Part shown: piece by piece, positions 1 through 9,525 of the stretch
Layout: every line of letters begins with the position of its first letter
Numbering within the stretch: the stretch's first letter is position 1
Source: Acidimicrobiia bacterium
Lineage (GTDB): Bacteria; Actinomycetota; Acidimicrobiia; IMCC26256; PALSA-555
DNA: 64,000 nt
NCBI GenBank assembly: GCA_036521915.1
Contig: DATDGU010000111.1
Coordinates: 966 to 64,965, forward strand
Reading direction: 5' to 3'
Position numbers and translations under genes: made by a program
The notes under the pieces: model-generated
What the model was told of the DNA's origin: nothing
Seen by the model: only the letters and a program-made list of their open reading frames with translations
The model's database searches: none

Positions 1-1
1 C

Positions 2-190
2 CCGTACCATCCGCACCTCACCCTCGCCCGGACCCCCCGCCCGCGACCCCTCACCCACCTCGTCGAGGCCCTCGGCACCACCCCGATCGGGCCGCCCTGG
101 ACCGTCACCGACGTCGCCGTCATCGAGAGCGACACCCGCCCGACCGGGGCGGTCCACACCGTCTGGGACCAGCACCCGCTGGGTCCTTGA
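2..190 (+). CDS. C-terminal fragment of a 2H-phosphoesterase (ThpR/LigT-like); 5' end lies outside the window
   Basis: The frame is open from the window edge to TGA at 188-190. The translation PYHPHLTLARTP... contains an H-x-T-x motif (HLTL) typical of the second 2H-phosphoesterase motif. Confidence 0.45.
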   Translation, partial: PYHPHLTLARTPRPRPLTHLVEALGTTPIGPPWTVTDVAVIESDTRPTGAVHTVWDQHPLGP

Positions 191-193
191 AAC

Positions 194-207
194 CGAACGC
201 CTGTTCG
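194..207. promoter_or_regulatory. LexA (SOS/Cheo-type) box upstream of recA
   Basis: CGAAC-GCCT-GTTCG is a perfect GAAC-N4-GTTC inverted repeat about 125 nt upstream of the recA GTG start. Confidence 0.8.
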
Positions 208-329
208 CATACGCTGCCCAGGTAATTACACGTCTGTAAGCCAGCGGATACGCTCGGTTTCGCGTCACACCCCCGACGTAGAAGGTTCGAGCACCGAAGA
301 ACACGACGCCCGGGACGCAGGAGGACGAG

Positions 330-1367
330 GTGGAACGCAAGCAAGCGCTCGACATGGCCGTCGGCCAGATCGAAAAGCAGTACGGGAAGGGCGCCATTAT
401 GCGCCTCGGCGAGCGGGGCAACGTCGGCGTCGAGGCCATCTCTACCGGCGCGCTCGCCCTCGACCTCGCGCTCGGCATCGGCGGCCTCCCACGCGGCCGC
501 GTCGTCGAGATCTTCGGCCCCGAAGCCTCCGGCAAGTCGACGCTCGCCATGCACGTGGTCGCCGAAGCCCAGCGCAACGGCGGGGTCTGCGCCTACATCG
601 ACGCCGAGCACGCGATGGACCCCGTGTACGCCGCCGCGATCGGCGTGAACGTCGACGACCTGTACATCTCCCAGCCCGACACCGGTGAGCAAGGCCTCGA
701 GATCGCCGACATGCTCATCCGCTCCGGGGCCCTCGACGTGGTCGTCATCGACTCTGTCGCCGCGCTCGTCCCCCGCGCCGAGATCGAAGGCGAGATGGGC
801 GACCACCACGTCGGCCTCCAAGCCCGGCTCATGAGCCAGGCGCTCCGCAAGCTCACCGCCAACCTCAACCGGTCCCGCACGATCTGCGTGTTCATCAACC
901 AGCTGCGGGAGAAGATCGGCGTGATCTACGGCTCACCCGAGACGACCCCCGGCGGTCGGGCCCTGAAGTTCTACTCGTCGGTGCGTCTCGACATCCGCCG
1001 CGTCGAGTCGATCAAGGACGGCGCCGAGGTCGTCGGGAACCGCACCCGCGTCAAGGTCGTGAAGAACAAGGTCAGCGCACCGTTCAAGCAGGCCGAGTTC
1101 GACATCATGTACGGACACGGGATCAGCCGGGAAGGCTCCCTGCTCGACGTCGCCGTCGACCTCGGCATCGCCAAGAAGTCCGGCGCCTGGTACACGTACG
1201 AAGGCGAGCAGCTCGGCCAAGGCCGCGAGAACTCCAAGCAGTTCCTCACCGAGAACGTCGACGTGATGGTCCAGATCAGCGAGAAGATCCGGGCCGCGGT
1301 CGGCCTCGACGAGGACGCCGTCGACGTGACCGAGGACGCCACCGAACCCGTCGAGGTCGAGTCCTAG
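330..1367 (+). CDS. recA: Recombinase RecA
   Basis: 345-aa ORF with GTG start and GGAGGA RBS at 318-325. N-terminus [27 protein letters not shown], Walker [10 protein letters not shown] and a highly recognisable RecA core. Confidence 0.98.
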   Translation: MERKQALDMAVGQIEKQYGKGAIMRLGERGNVGVEAISTGALALDLALGIGGLPRGRVVEIFGPEASGKSTLAMHVVAEAQRNGGVCAYIDAEHAMDPVYAAAIGVNVDDLYISQPDTGEQGLEIADMLIRSGALDVVVIDSVAALVPRAEIEGEMGDHHVGLQARLMSQALRKLTANLNRSRTICVFINQLREKIGVIYGSPETTPGGRALKFYSSVRLDIRRVESIKDGAEVVGNRTRVKVVKNKVSAPFKQAEFDIMYGHGISREGSLLDVAVDLGIAKKSGAWYTYEGEQLGQGRENSKQFLTENVDVMVQISEKIRAAVGLDEDAVDVTEDATEPVEVES

Positions 1368-1394
1368 ATCTGCCCCCTGCCCAGCCCGGCACGA

Positions 1395-1425
1395 CCGGTG
1401 GCGGGAGCGCTGCTCCCGCCACCGG
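1395..1425. terminator. Bidirectional stem-loop between convergent recA and the TauE-like gene
   Basis: CCGGTGGCGGGAGC-GCT-GCTCCCGCCACCGG is a perfect 14-bp stem with a 3-nt loop. It lies between the recA stop (1365-1367) and the frame-corrected TauE stop (1435-1437). Confidence 0.7.
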
Positions 1426-1434
1426 CGTGCTGCT

Positions 1435-2156
1435 CTACAGCACCGCTCGCAGGATGGCCACCGCCCCGGCCGTCGCCGACAGGGCGAGCACCGTGGGAGC
1501 AGCCAGCCCTGGTCGACACGGCCGTGGAGGTGCCGGCTGATCCAGAACCCGCCGACCATGAAGGGCAGCAGCTCGGCAGCGAAGCGCAGCTGGTCGACGG
1601 TGATGTTCCCGGTCAGCACGTACCCGAGCAGCGACAGCAGCGCGCTCGTGGCGAAGAACCCGCTCAGCGTCGAGCGGGCCTCCGGGCCGGGATGATGCTG
1701 GAACAGCAGCCCGACCGGCGGACCCCCGACCGACGACGCCGTCCCGAACACGTTCGACACGAACCCGGCGGTGAACGCCGTCGCCGCGGTCACCGTGACG
1801 GGTGGCGACACGACACTGAGCGCCACCCCGAGCAGCGTGATCGAGCCGACGACGATCGCCAGCTCGGTGCTGCTCACGTGCCCGACGATCAGCAGGCCGA
1901 GGGTCGTCCCCGGCACCGCACCGAGCACCAGCCAGGGCAGCGCCCGCCGATGCACGTGCGCGTGCTCGCGGGCCAGCAGCGTGACGGCCAACGGGAACGC
2001 CACGAGCACCAGCGTCGCGGGCAGCGCCCGCGGCACCACGATCGCGACGAACGGCGCCGACAGCAGGTTCAACCCGAACCCGATCGACCCCTGGACGATC
2101 GCACCCACCGACACCGCGGTGGCCGCCACCACGAACGCTCCCACCCCGACGTGCAC
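1435..2156 (-). pseudogene. TauE/SafE (DUF81) family anion exporter with an apparent 1-nt frameshift near 1493-1500
   Basis: The polytopic membrane protein VHVGVGAFVVAATAV...GGFWISRHLHGRVDQGWLLP is read in the frame of ORF 933..2369. The expected last helix TVLALSATAGAVAILRAVL* is in the frame of ORF 1435..4032. The uncorrected frame runs on as Arg/Cys-rich junk into recA. Confidence 0.6.
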
Positions 2157-2199
2157 GGCGGGTGATCCTGACAGACCCGCCCCGTAGACTCGAACGCCG

Positions 2200-3549
2200 A
2201 TGGCGAAGCGGTTCCACATCCGCACCTTCGGGTGCCAGATGAACGAGCACGACTCGGAGCGGCTCGCAGGGATGCTGCGCGCCGACGGGCTCGAGGCCAC
2301 CGACGACCCCGACGCCGCCGACGTGATCGTCCTCAACACCTGCTGCATCCGCGAGAACGCCGACAACAAGCTCTACGGCCACCTGGGGCACCTCAAGGCG
2401 CTCAAGGACCGCCGGCCCGACGTCCAGATCGCCGTGGGGGGCTGCCTCGCCCAGAAGGACCGCGGCGACATCCTGCGCCGGGCCGGGCACGTCGACGTCG
2501 TCTTCGGCACCCACAACCTCGCCCACGCACCCGCGCTCCTCGACCGGGCCCGCCACGACGGCCCGATCGTCGAGATCCTCGAGGAGCACGCCGCGAGCCC
2601 CGCCGCGCCACCCCCGGCCCGGGCCAGCACGCACCGCGCCTGGGTCACGATCCAGATCGGCTGCGACAACAGCTGCACGTTCTGCATCGTCCCGATCGTG
2701 CGGGGACCCGAGATCAGCCGACGGCTCGGCGACGTGATCCACGAGATCGAGGCACTCGCCAACGACGGCGTCCGCGAGGTCACGCTCCTCGGCCAGAACG
2801 TCAACTCCTACGGTCGTGACCTCGGCGCGGGCCAGTACCGGCCGCGCTTCGCGGACCTGCTGCGCGCCGTGGACGCCGTGCCCGGCATCCGCCGCATCCG
2901 TTTCACGTCCCCACACCCGAAGGACCTGCGACCCGAGACGATCGCGGCGATGGCCGAGTGCGACGCCGTCTGCGAGCAGCTGCACCTGCCCCTCCAGGCG
3001 GGGAGCGACCGCACCTTGGCCCGCATGCACCGCGGCTACACCGCCGAGCGCTACCTCGCCAAGCTCGACGCGGCCCGTCGGGCGATCCCGGACCTCGCCG
3101 TCACCACCGACATCATCGTCGGCTTCCCCGGTGAGACCGACGCCGACTTCGAGGCGACGCTCGCCGTCGTCGACACCGCCGCCTTCGACGCGGCGTACAC
3201 CTTCATCTACTCGCCCCGCCCCGGCACGCCGGCGGCCGAGCTCGGTGACGACTTCGTCGCGCCCGAGGTCACGCAGGACCGACTGCGCCGCCTCACCGCC
3301 GTCGTCGAGCGTCACGCGCTCGCCCACCACGAGGCCCGCATCGGCCGCGTCGAGGAGATCCTCGTCGAAGGGCCCTCGAAGCGCGCGCCCCACCGCATCA
3401 CCGGCCGCACCCGGCAAGGCAAGCTCGTCCACGTGGCCGCCGGCCCCGGCCTCGCCGTCGGCCAGCTCGCTCGGGTGCGGATCACCGACGCCGCCCCGCA
3501 CTGGCTCGCCGGCGAGCGGGTCCACACCATCCCCGTGGCCGCGGCCTGA
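2200..3549 (+). CDS. miaB: tRNA-2-methylthio-N6-dimethylallyladenosine synthase MiaB (radical SAM)
   Basis: 449 aa. Has the N-terminal FGCQMNEHDSE motif, the radical-SAM CDNSCTFC cluster motif and a C-terminal TRAM-like region. Confidence 0.95.
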   Translation: MAKRFHIRTFGCQMNEHDSERLAGMLRADGLEATDDPDAADVIVLNTCCIRENADNKLYGHLGHLKALKDRRPDVQIAVGGCLAQKDRGDILRRAGHVDVVFGTHNLAHAPALLDRARHDGPIVEILEEHAASPAAPPPARASTHRAWVTIQIGCDNSCTFCIVPIVRGPEISRRLGDVIHEIEALANDGVREVTLLGQNVNSYGRDLGAGQYRPRFADLLRAVDAVPGIRRIRFTSPHPKDLRPETIAAMAECDAVCEQLHLPLQAGSDRTLARMHRGYTAERYLAKLDAARRAIPDLAVTTDIIVGFPGETDADFEATLAVVDTAAFDAAYTFIYSPRPGTPAAELGDDFVAPEVTQDRLRRLTAVVERHALAHHEARIGRVEEILVEGPSKRAPHRITGRTRQGKLVHVAAGPGLAVGQLARVRITDAAPHWLAGERVHTIPVAAA

Positions 3550-3578
3550 CCCCGACGCCGCCCACGTCCGCGCTCCAC

Positions 3579-4490
3579 CTGGCCCTCGTCGGGCCGACCG
3601 CGTCGGGGAAGTCGATGCTCGCCGCCGCCGCCGCCCGGGCACTCGGTGACGTCGAGATCGTCTCGCTCGACTCGATGCAGGTCTATCGGACCCTCGACAT
3701 CGGGACGGCCAAGCCCGACGCGGCGACCCGCGCGGCCGTCCCGCACCACCTGCTCGACGTCGCCGATCCCGACGAGGAATGGTCGGTCGCGCGCACCCAG
3801 GCGATGGCGCGCGCGGCCGTGCACGACATCGAGTCGCGTGGACACCGTGCGCTACTCGTCGGCGGCACCGGCCTCTACGTCCAGGCCGTGCTCGACGACC
3901 TCCGGCTGCCCGTCGAGGACCTCGACCTGCGCGTCGCGCTCGAGGCGGAGACCGCCGAGCCGGGCGGCGTCGCCCGGGCCTACGAGCGGCTCCAGGCGGC
4001 CGATCCGACGGCGGCCGCGCGGGTCGACCCACACAACGCCCGCCGCATCGTGCGCGCGCTCGAGGTGATCGCCATCACCGGACGGCCCTTCTCGTCGTTC
4101 GGCCCCGGCGTCGCCGCGTTCGGCCCGACGGCGTTCCCGGTGCGGGTCGCCGGTGTGTGGCTGCCCCGCGACGTGCTCTCGACGAGAATCGCCGCCCGGG
4201 TCGACGCCATGCGCGACGCTGGGCTCGTCGATGAGGTGCAGACGGCGCTGGACGGTCCCGGGCTGAGCCGGACCGCGCGCCAGGCCATCGGCTACCGCGA
4301 GCTCGCCGACGCGCTCGACGCCGGCCGCCCACCCGCGGGCCCGGAGCTCGACGCCGTGGTCCGCCGCACCCGGTCGTTCGCGCGTCGCCAGCGCATGTGG
4401 TTCCGCCGCGACCCCCGGATCACCTGGCACGCCAGCCCCGAGAACCCCTGCCGGGTGCTGCCCTCGCTGCTGGCAGCCTGGAGCACGTGA
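3579..4490 (+). CDS. miaA: tRNA dimethylallyltransferase MiaA (start uncertain, probably non-canonical)
   Basis: LDSMQVYRTLDIGTAKP and the rest of the sequence are MiaA-like. The P-loop GPTASGKS (3591-3614) lies upstream of the first ATG/GTG/TTG (3615), so the start must be further 5'. CTG at 3579 is the best in-frame candidate. Confidence 0.85.
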   Translation: MALVGPTASGKSMLAAAAARALGDVEIVSLDSMQVYRTLDIGTAKPDAATRAAVPHHLLDVADPDEEWSVARTQAMARAAVHDIESRGHRALLVGGTGLYVQAVLDDLRLPVEDLDLRVALEAETAEPGGVARAYERLQAADPTAAARVDPHNARRIVRALEVIAITGRPFSSFGPGVAAFGPTAFPVRVAGVWLPRDVLSTRIAARVDAMRDAGLVDEVQTALDGPGLSRTARQAIGYRELADALDAGRPPAGPELDAVVRRTRSFARRQRMWFRRDPRITWHASPENPCRVLPSLLAAWST

Positions 4491-5311
4491 CGACGCGCCT
4501 GGCGAAGCTCCACGCCACCGGGAACGACTTCCTCGTCGCCGACGCGCCGGGACCCTCGCCCGCCGCGGCCCGCGCCCTGTGTGACCGTCACCGCGGGATC
4601 GGCGCCGACGGGCTCCTGATCCTCGGGCCCGGCGCCGACGGGGCCGACTGCACCATGACCCTCTACAACGCCGACGGCAGCCCGGCCGAGATGAGCGGCA
4701 ACGGGATCCGCTGCCTCGCCTGGGTCGCTGTCACCCGCGGGCTCGGCACCGACCGCCGCCTCGTCGTCGACACCGCCGCCGGGCGCCGCACCGTCGACCT
4801 CGACCGCGACGCCGCCGGGCAGCTCCGGGGGGCCACGGTCGACATGGGCGCCGTCACCTTCGACCCGGCCGCGATCCCGTTCTCGGGCCCGACCGCGCTC
4901 GACCTCGACGTCACGTACCACGGCGTCACCTACCACGGCGTCGCCGCCGGGATCGGCAACCCGCACCTCGTCCTCCTCGTCGACGACGTGGACACCACCC
5001 GCGTGACCCAGCACGGCCCCCACCTCGAGCACGACGCCCGATTCCCGTCGGGGACGAACGTCGAGTTCGTCACGCCCGCCGGACGGGATGCGCTCCGCAT
5101 GCGCGTCTGGGAGCGCGGCGTGGGTGAGACCCTCTCGTGCGGCACCGGCGCGTGCGTCGCGGCCGCCGTCGCGCATCGGCGCGGGCTCGTCGACGAGCAG
5201 GTCACGGTCCACGTCCCCGGGGGTGATCTCGACGTGACGCTCGGGGCCACCGTCCGACTCGGCGGGCCCGTCACCCACGTCTTCGACGTCGACGTCCCGC
5301 CATCCTCATGA
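4487..5311 (+). CDS. dapF: Diaminopimelate epimerase DapF
   Basis: Has HATGNDFLV, MSGNGIRC and SCGTGA active-site Cys motifs. GTG at 4487 overlaps the miaA stop (GTGA). The longer ORF start at 4397 is less likely. Confidence 0.9.
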   Translation: MTTRLAKLHATGNDFLVADAPGPSPAAARALCDRHRGIGADGLLILGPGADGADCTMTLYNADGSPAEMSGNGIRCLAWVAVTRGLGTDRRLVVDTAAGRRTVDLDRDAAGQLRGATVDMGAVTFDPAAIPFSGPTALDLDVTYHGVTYHGVAAGIGNPHLVLLVDDVDTTRVTQHGPHLEHDARFPSGTNVEFVTPAGRDALRMRVWERGVGETLSCGTGACVAAAVAHRRGLVDEQVTVHVPGGDLDVTLGATVRLGGPVTHVFDVDVPPSS

Positions 5312-6609
5312 GCAGTCGACCCGGCCGCGCCCGGCGGCGACTCACCGCCACCGAGATCGACCTCGAGGTCGTCCGCCAACGCGCCCTGCTCGTCGGCACC
5401 GGTGCCGGCACCCGCACCGCGGCCGCGGCCGAGGCCTCCCTCGACGAGCTCGCCCGCCTCACCGACACCGCGGGCGCCGAGCCCGTCGAGACCGTGCTGC
5501 AGCGCCGCGACCGGCCCGACCCCGCGACCTACGTCGGACCCGGCAAGGCCGAGGAGCTGCGGAGCACGGCCGACGCCTACGACGTCGACCTCGTCGTCTT
5601 CGACGACGAGCTCACGCCCGCCCAACAGCGCAACCTCGAGCAGCGCCTCGGCCGTGACGTCGTCGACCGGGTCGCGCTGATCATGGACATCTTCGCCCAG
5701 CACGCGACCAGTCAGGCCGGGATGCTCCAGGTCGAGCTCGCCCAGCTCCGCTACCGGCTGCCCCGCCTGCGCGGCCGTGGCACCGCCCTCAGCCAGCAGG
5801 GCGGCGGCATCGGCACCCGGGGTCCCGGTGAGACCCAGCTCGAGGTCGACCGCCGGCGCATCCAGCGCCGCATCACGAAGCTCGAGAAGGACCTCGAGCG
5901 CGTCGCCCAGACCCGCGCGACGCAGGCCAAGGCCCGGCACCGCCGAGCGATCCCCACGGTCTGCCTCGTCGGCTACACGAACGCCGGGAAGTCCACGCTC
6001 CTGAACGCGCTCACCGACGCGCACGTCCCCGTCGAGGACCGGCTCTTCTCCACGCTCGACCCGACGACCCGGCGGCTGCGTCTGCTGAGCGGCGAGACCG
6101 TGCTCTGCTCCGATACGGTCGGCTTCGTGCAGCGGCTGCCGCACGAGCTCCTGGAGGCGTTCCGGTCGACGCTCGAGGTCGTGACCGACGCCGACCTCGT
6201 CCTCCACGTCGTTGACGGCGCGTCCCCGGACGCGGCGGCGCAGGTGGCCGCGGTGCGGTCGGTGCTCGACGAGATCGGGGCCGGGGACCATCCCGAGCTC
6301 CTCGTCGTCAACAAGCTGGACGCGGCGCCAGACGGCGCGCGGGACCTCGGCGTGGGTGAGGCGGCGGTCGCCGTGTCGGCGCGCACCGGTGAGGGCCTCG
6401 ACAAGCTCGCCGACGCGCTCGCGGAGCGGCTCCGGTCGCTCGGTTCGGTCGTGGAGCTCCTCGTCCCGTACGACCGCGGCGACGTGCTCGCCGCGCTGCA
6501 CCGGGACGGCGAGGTGCTCATCGAGGTACACGCCGAGGCCGGGACGCGCGTGCGGGCGCGGGTCGACGACCTCGACCTGGGCCGATTTCAGGGGTTCGTC
6601 ACCGGCTGA
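5308..6609 (+). CDS. hflX: GTPase HflX
   Basis: 433 aa. ATGA overlap with dapF, HflX N-domain, G1 motif GYTNAGKST, then DTVGF and NKLD motifs. Confidence 0.93.
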   Translation: MSSRPGRARRRLTATEIDLEVVRQRALLVGTGAGTRTAAAAEASLDELARLTDTAGAEPVETVLQRRDRPDPATYVGPGKAEELRSTADAYDVDLVVFDDELTPAQQRNLEQRLGRDVVDRVALIMDIFAQHATSQAGMLQVELAQLRYRLPRLRGRGTALSQQGGGIGTRGPGETQLEVDRRRIQRRITKLEKDLERVAQTRATQAKARHRRAIPTVCLVGYTNAGKSTLLNALTDAHVPVEDRLFSTLDPTTRRLRLLSGETVLCSDTVGFVQRLPHELLEAFRSTLEVVTDADLVLHVVDGASPDAAAQVAAVRSVLDEIGAGDHPELLVVNKLDAAPDGARDLGVGEAAVAVSARTGEGLDKLADALAERLRSLGSVVELLVPYDRGDVLAALHRDGEVLIEVHAEAGTRVRARVDDLDLGRFQGFVTG

Positions 6610-6638
6610 CGCACGAGTCCCGGCGGTAGCCTCCGACG

Positions 6639-7790
6639 ATGCCGCGCGACACGGAAGCCGGCTTCGTCCCCCCGCCCTATCCCCACGATCGGCTCGGCGG
6701 CCTCCTCGCGCTCGCGGACGAGGTCCCCGGCGGCGTGATCGACGCATCGGTGGGCACGCCGGTCGACCCTCTGCCCGAGGTCGCTCGCCGAGCGCTCGAC
6801 GACGCGATGGGTAGCGCGCGCGGCTACCCGCCGACGATCGGCACGTCCGCGTACCGGGACGCCGCCGCCAACTGGCTCGCCCGACGCTTCGGCGTCACCG
6901 TCGACCCGACGGCGGTGTGCGCCTGCGTGGGCACGAAGGAGTTCGTCGCCTCGCTCCCACGCTGGCTGTCGCTGCGCGAGCCCGGACGCGACACCGTCCT
7001 CTACCCCGCAGTGGCGTATCCGACCTACGCCCTCGGTGCGACGTTGGCGGGCCTCCGGGCGGTGCCCGTCCCGGTCGATTCCGAGTGGCACCTCGACGTC
7101 GACGCCGTCGAGCGCGAGGACCGGGACCGAGCCCTCGTGCTCTGGCTCAACGACCCCGCCAACCCGACCGGCGCCTCGGCCACGGCCGGGGCGCTCGACC
7201 GCACCGTCGAGTGGGGGCGCCGCGGCGGCATCGTCGTCGCGAGCGACGAGTGCTACGCCGAGTTCACCTACGACGGCCAGGGGCAGCCGGCGAAGCCCGT
7301 GACCGCGTTGGCCTCGGGCGACGACGGGGTCCTGGCCGTCCACTCGCTCTCCAAGCGCTCGAACATGGCGGGCCTGCGCGTCGGCTTCGTCGCCGGCGAC
7401 GCCGACCTCGTCACGTACCTGGGCGAGGTCCGCAAGCACGCCGGCCTCATGGTGCCCGGGCCCGTCCAGGCCGCCGCGACCGCCGCCCTCGGCGACGACG
7501 CGCACGTCGACGAGCAGCGGGCCCGCTACGCGCGGCGCCGGACGGCCGTGGTGGACGCGCTCGCGGGCCACGACGTCCGTCACGTCGGCGGCCCGTCGAC
7601 CTTCTACCTGTGGCTCGCGCGCACCGACACGCCGGATGGCTGGGCCCTCGCCGAGTGGTTCGCGCGCGTCGGCATGCTCGTCGCCCCGGGTGATCTCTAC
7701 GGTGCCGCGGGCACCGCCGAGGTGCGTCTCGCCCTGACGCTGACCGACGACCAGGTCGCGCAGGTCGTGGATCGCCTGTACGCCGCGTGA
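6639..7790 (+). CDS. dapC: PLP-dependent aminotransferase, likely succinyldiaminopimelate transaminase DapC
   Basis: 383 aa class I/II aminotransferase with the SLSKRSNMAGLRVG Lys motif. It sits adjacent to dapD and near dapF. Confidence 0.7.
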   Translation: MPRDTEAGFVPPPYPHDRLGGLLALADEVPGGVIDASVGTPVDPLPEVARRALDDAMGSARGYPPTIGTSAYRDAAANWLARRFGVTVDPTAVCACVGTKEFVASLPRWLSLREPGRDTVLYPAVAYPTYALGATLAGLRAVPVPVDSEWHLDVDAVEREDRDRALVLWLNDPANPTGASATAGALDRTVEWGRRGGIVVASDECYAEFTYDGQGQPAKPVTALASGDDGVLAVHSLSKRSNMAGLRVGFVAGDADLVTYLGEVRKHAGLMVPGPVQAAATAALGDDAHVDEQRARYARRRTAVVDALAGHDVRHVGGPSTFYLWLARTDTPDGWALAEWFARVGMLVAPGDLYGAAGTAEVRLALTLTDDQVAQVVDRLYAA

Positions 7791-7864
7791 TCGGCGCCGT
7801 GAGGACCGCGACGCCCGGCGTTCTCACCGAGAGGCGGTACGGGCAGCCGTTAGGGTGAGCGCCC

Positions 7865-8695
7865 GTGGAGGACCTCGCCACACGCGTCACCGAGCTCTGG
7901 GACTCGCGCGAGGACCTCATGACCTCGAGGCAGCGCGAGGCCGACGCCCGCGACGTCGTCCATGCGGCGATCGACCTGCTCGACGCGGGCGAGGCGCGCG
8001 TCGCCGAGGTCGTCGACGGCGAGGTGGTCGTCCACGAGTGGCTGAAGCAGGCCATCCTGCTGCTCTTTCGGCTGTCCCGCATGGAGACGACCGAGCTCGG
8101 GCCCTTCGAGTACGCCGACAAGATCCCGCTCAAGCACCACTACGAGGCTGCCGGCGTCCGGGTCGTTCCCGGCGGTTCGGCTCGCTGGGGCTCCTACGTG
8201 GGGCGGGGGTCGATCCTCATGCCGAGCTACGTGAACATCGGCGCCTACGTCGGTCCCGAGACGATGGTCGACACCTGGGCGACGGTCGGTTCGTGCGCCC
8301 AGATCGGTGCGCGGGTGCATCTCTCGGGCGGCGTCGGGATCGGCGGCGTGCTCGAGCCGCCGCAGGCCAAGCCGGTCTTCGTCGGCGACGACTCGACGAT
8401 CGGCAGCCGCAGCATGATCACCCAGGGCGCCCGCGTCGGGAAGGGGTGTGTGCTCGGTGAGGGCGTGCTGCTCAACCCCGGCATCCCCGTCATCGACGCC
8501 GAGACCGGGGACGAGCTGAGTCGCGGCGTGGTCCCCGATTGGTGCGTCGGCATGCAGGCCACACGGCCGCGCCGCTACCCCGGAGGCGAGTTCGGGCTGC
8601 CGTGCCTGCTCGTGGTCCGACACCTCACCGAGGGCGAGCGCCACGAGAAGTCGAAGCTCAACGACATCCTTCGGGAGCACGGCATCGCCGTCTGA
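7865..8695 (+). CDS. dapD: 2,3,4,5-tetrahydropyridine-2,6-dicarboxylate N-succinyltransferase DapD
   Basis: 276 aa. The strongly DapD-like block LMPSYVNIGAYVGPETMVDTWATVGSCAQIGARVHLSGGVGIGGVLEP carries hexapeptide repeats. Confidence 0.93.
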   Translation: MEDLATRVTELWDSREDLMTSRQREADARDVVHAAIDLLDAGEARVAEVVDGEVVVHEWLKQAILLLFRLSRMETTELGPFEYADKIPLKHHYEAAGVRVVPGGSARWGSYVGRGSILMPSYVNIGAYVGPETMVDTWATVGSCAQIGARVHLSGGVGIGGVLEPPQAKPVFVGDDSTIGSRSMITQGARVGKGCVLGEGVLLNPGIPVIDAETGDELSRGVVPDWCVGMQATRPRRYPGGEFGLPCLLVVRHLTEGERHEKSKLNDILREHGIAV

Positions 8696-8716
8696 GACGA
8701 CGCCGCGTCGGGCAGC

Positions 8717-9343
8717 TCAGAAGCGGCGGAGGAGCGAGACGACCTTGCCGTAGATGGTCACGTCATTGGGGTCGTAGACCATCTCGTCGAGGGCGGGGTT
8801 CTCGGGACGCAGCACGATCTTGCCGCGGCGGCGCGTGAACGTCTTCACCGTCCCCTCCTCGCCGGGGATGCCGGCCACGACGATCTCGCCGGGCTCCGCC
8901 GTCGGCTGCTGGCGCACCACGACGTAGTCGCCGTCGAGGATGCCGGCGTCGATCATCGACTCGCCGCGGACGCGCAGCATGAAGAGCTGCCCTGCGCCGG
9001 TGAAGTCCTCCGGCATCGGGACGGTCTCCTCGATGTTCTCGGCGGCCAGCACGCCGGTGCCGGCCGCGACGTCGCCGACGAGGGGCACGTGGCGGACCGG
9101 GCGTCGCTCGGTGGCGGCGCCGGACGCCGCCTCGAAGTGCAGCTCGATCGCCCGGGGCTTCGTGGGGTCACGCCGGATGTAGCCCTTGTCCTGCAGCGCG
9201 GCGAGGTGGGCGTGGACGGTCGAGCTCGACGACAGGCCGACGGCCTCGCCGATCTCCCGCACGCTCGGCGGGTACCCCCGCTGCCGGACCTCCTCGTCGA
9301 TGAACTCGAGGACTTGGCGCTGGCGGGGGGTCAGATCCGTCAT
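8717..9343 (-). CDS. lexA: SOS repressor LexA
   Basis: Starts MTDLTPRQRQVLEFI with a winged HTH (GYPPSVREIG). Has an Ala-Gly cleavage region (VAAGTG), an S24 peptidase Ser (GESM) and a Lys. The ATG at 9343 is preferred over the longer ORF start at 9475. Confidence 0.95.
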   Translation of the reverse strand: MTDLTPRQRQVLEFIDEEVRQRGYPPSVREIGEAVGLSSSSTVHAHLAALQDKGYIRRDPTKPRAIELHFEAASGAATERRPVRHVPLVGDVAAGTGVLAAENIEETVPMPEDFTGAGQLFMLRVRGESMIDAGILDGDYVVVRQQPTAEPGEIVVAGIPGEEGTVKTFTRRRGKIVLRPENPALDEMVYDPNDVTIYGKVVSLLRRF

Positions 9344-9376
9344 GGCGCGCACGGTAACACGAGCACGCGTTCGATA

Positions 9377-9437
9377 CAAACACCTGTTCGACCTTGACAT
9401 CGAACAGGCGTTCGACTTGACTACGAACACAGGTTCG
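9377..9437. promoter_or_regulatory. Cluster of three LexA boxes in the lexA/LysM divergent region
   Basis: Box at 9400-9415 is TCGAAC-AGGC-GTTCGA (perfect). Box at 9424-9437 is CGAAC-ACAG-GTTCG (perfect core). Box at 9377-9390 is CAAAC-ACCT-GTTCG (one mismatch). Confidence 0.8.
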
Positions 9438-9525
9438 GTCGGGTCCATCCCCGCCGGATCGGCGTCGGGTGTCACACCACCGTGGTGTGCTCCCGGCAGT
9501 GACCCATCCCACGACTCGAGCAGAT

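Noticed and set aside
241-300. LexA-independent (RecA-NDp/PafBC-type) promoter motif upstream of recA
   Set aside because: GTCACAC-N8-TAGAAG only loosely resembles the tTGTCRgtg-N8-TAnnnT motif. It is missing the TGTC core and the final T.
1435-4032. 865-aa ORF on the minus strand across tauE, miaB and miaA
   Set aside because: It is Arg/Pro/Gly/Ala-rich low-complexity sequence running antisense to well-supported genes. This is a typical high-GC shadow ORF. Only its last 20 or so codons (the TauE C-terminus) are real.
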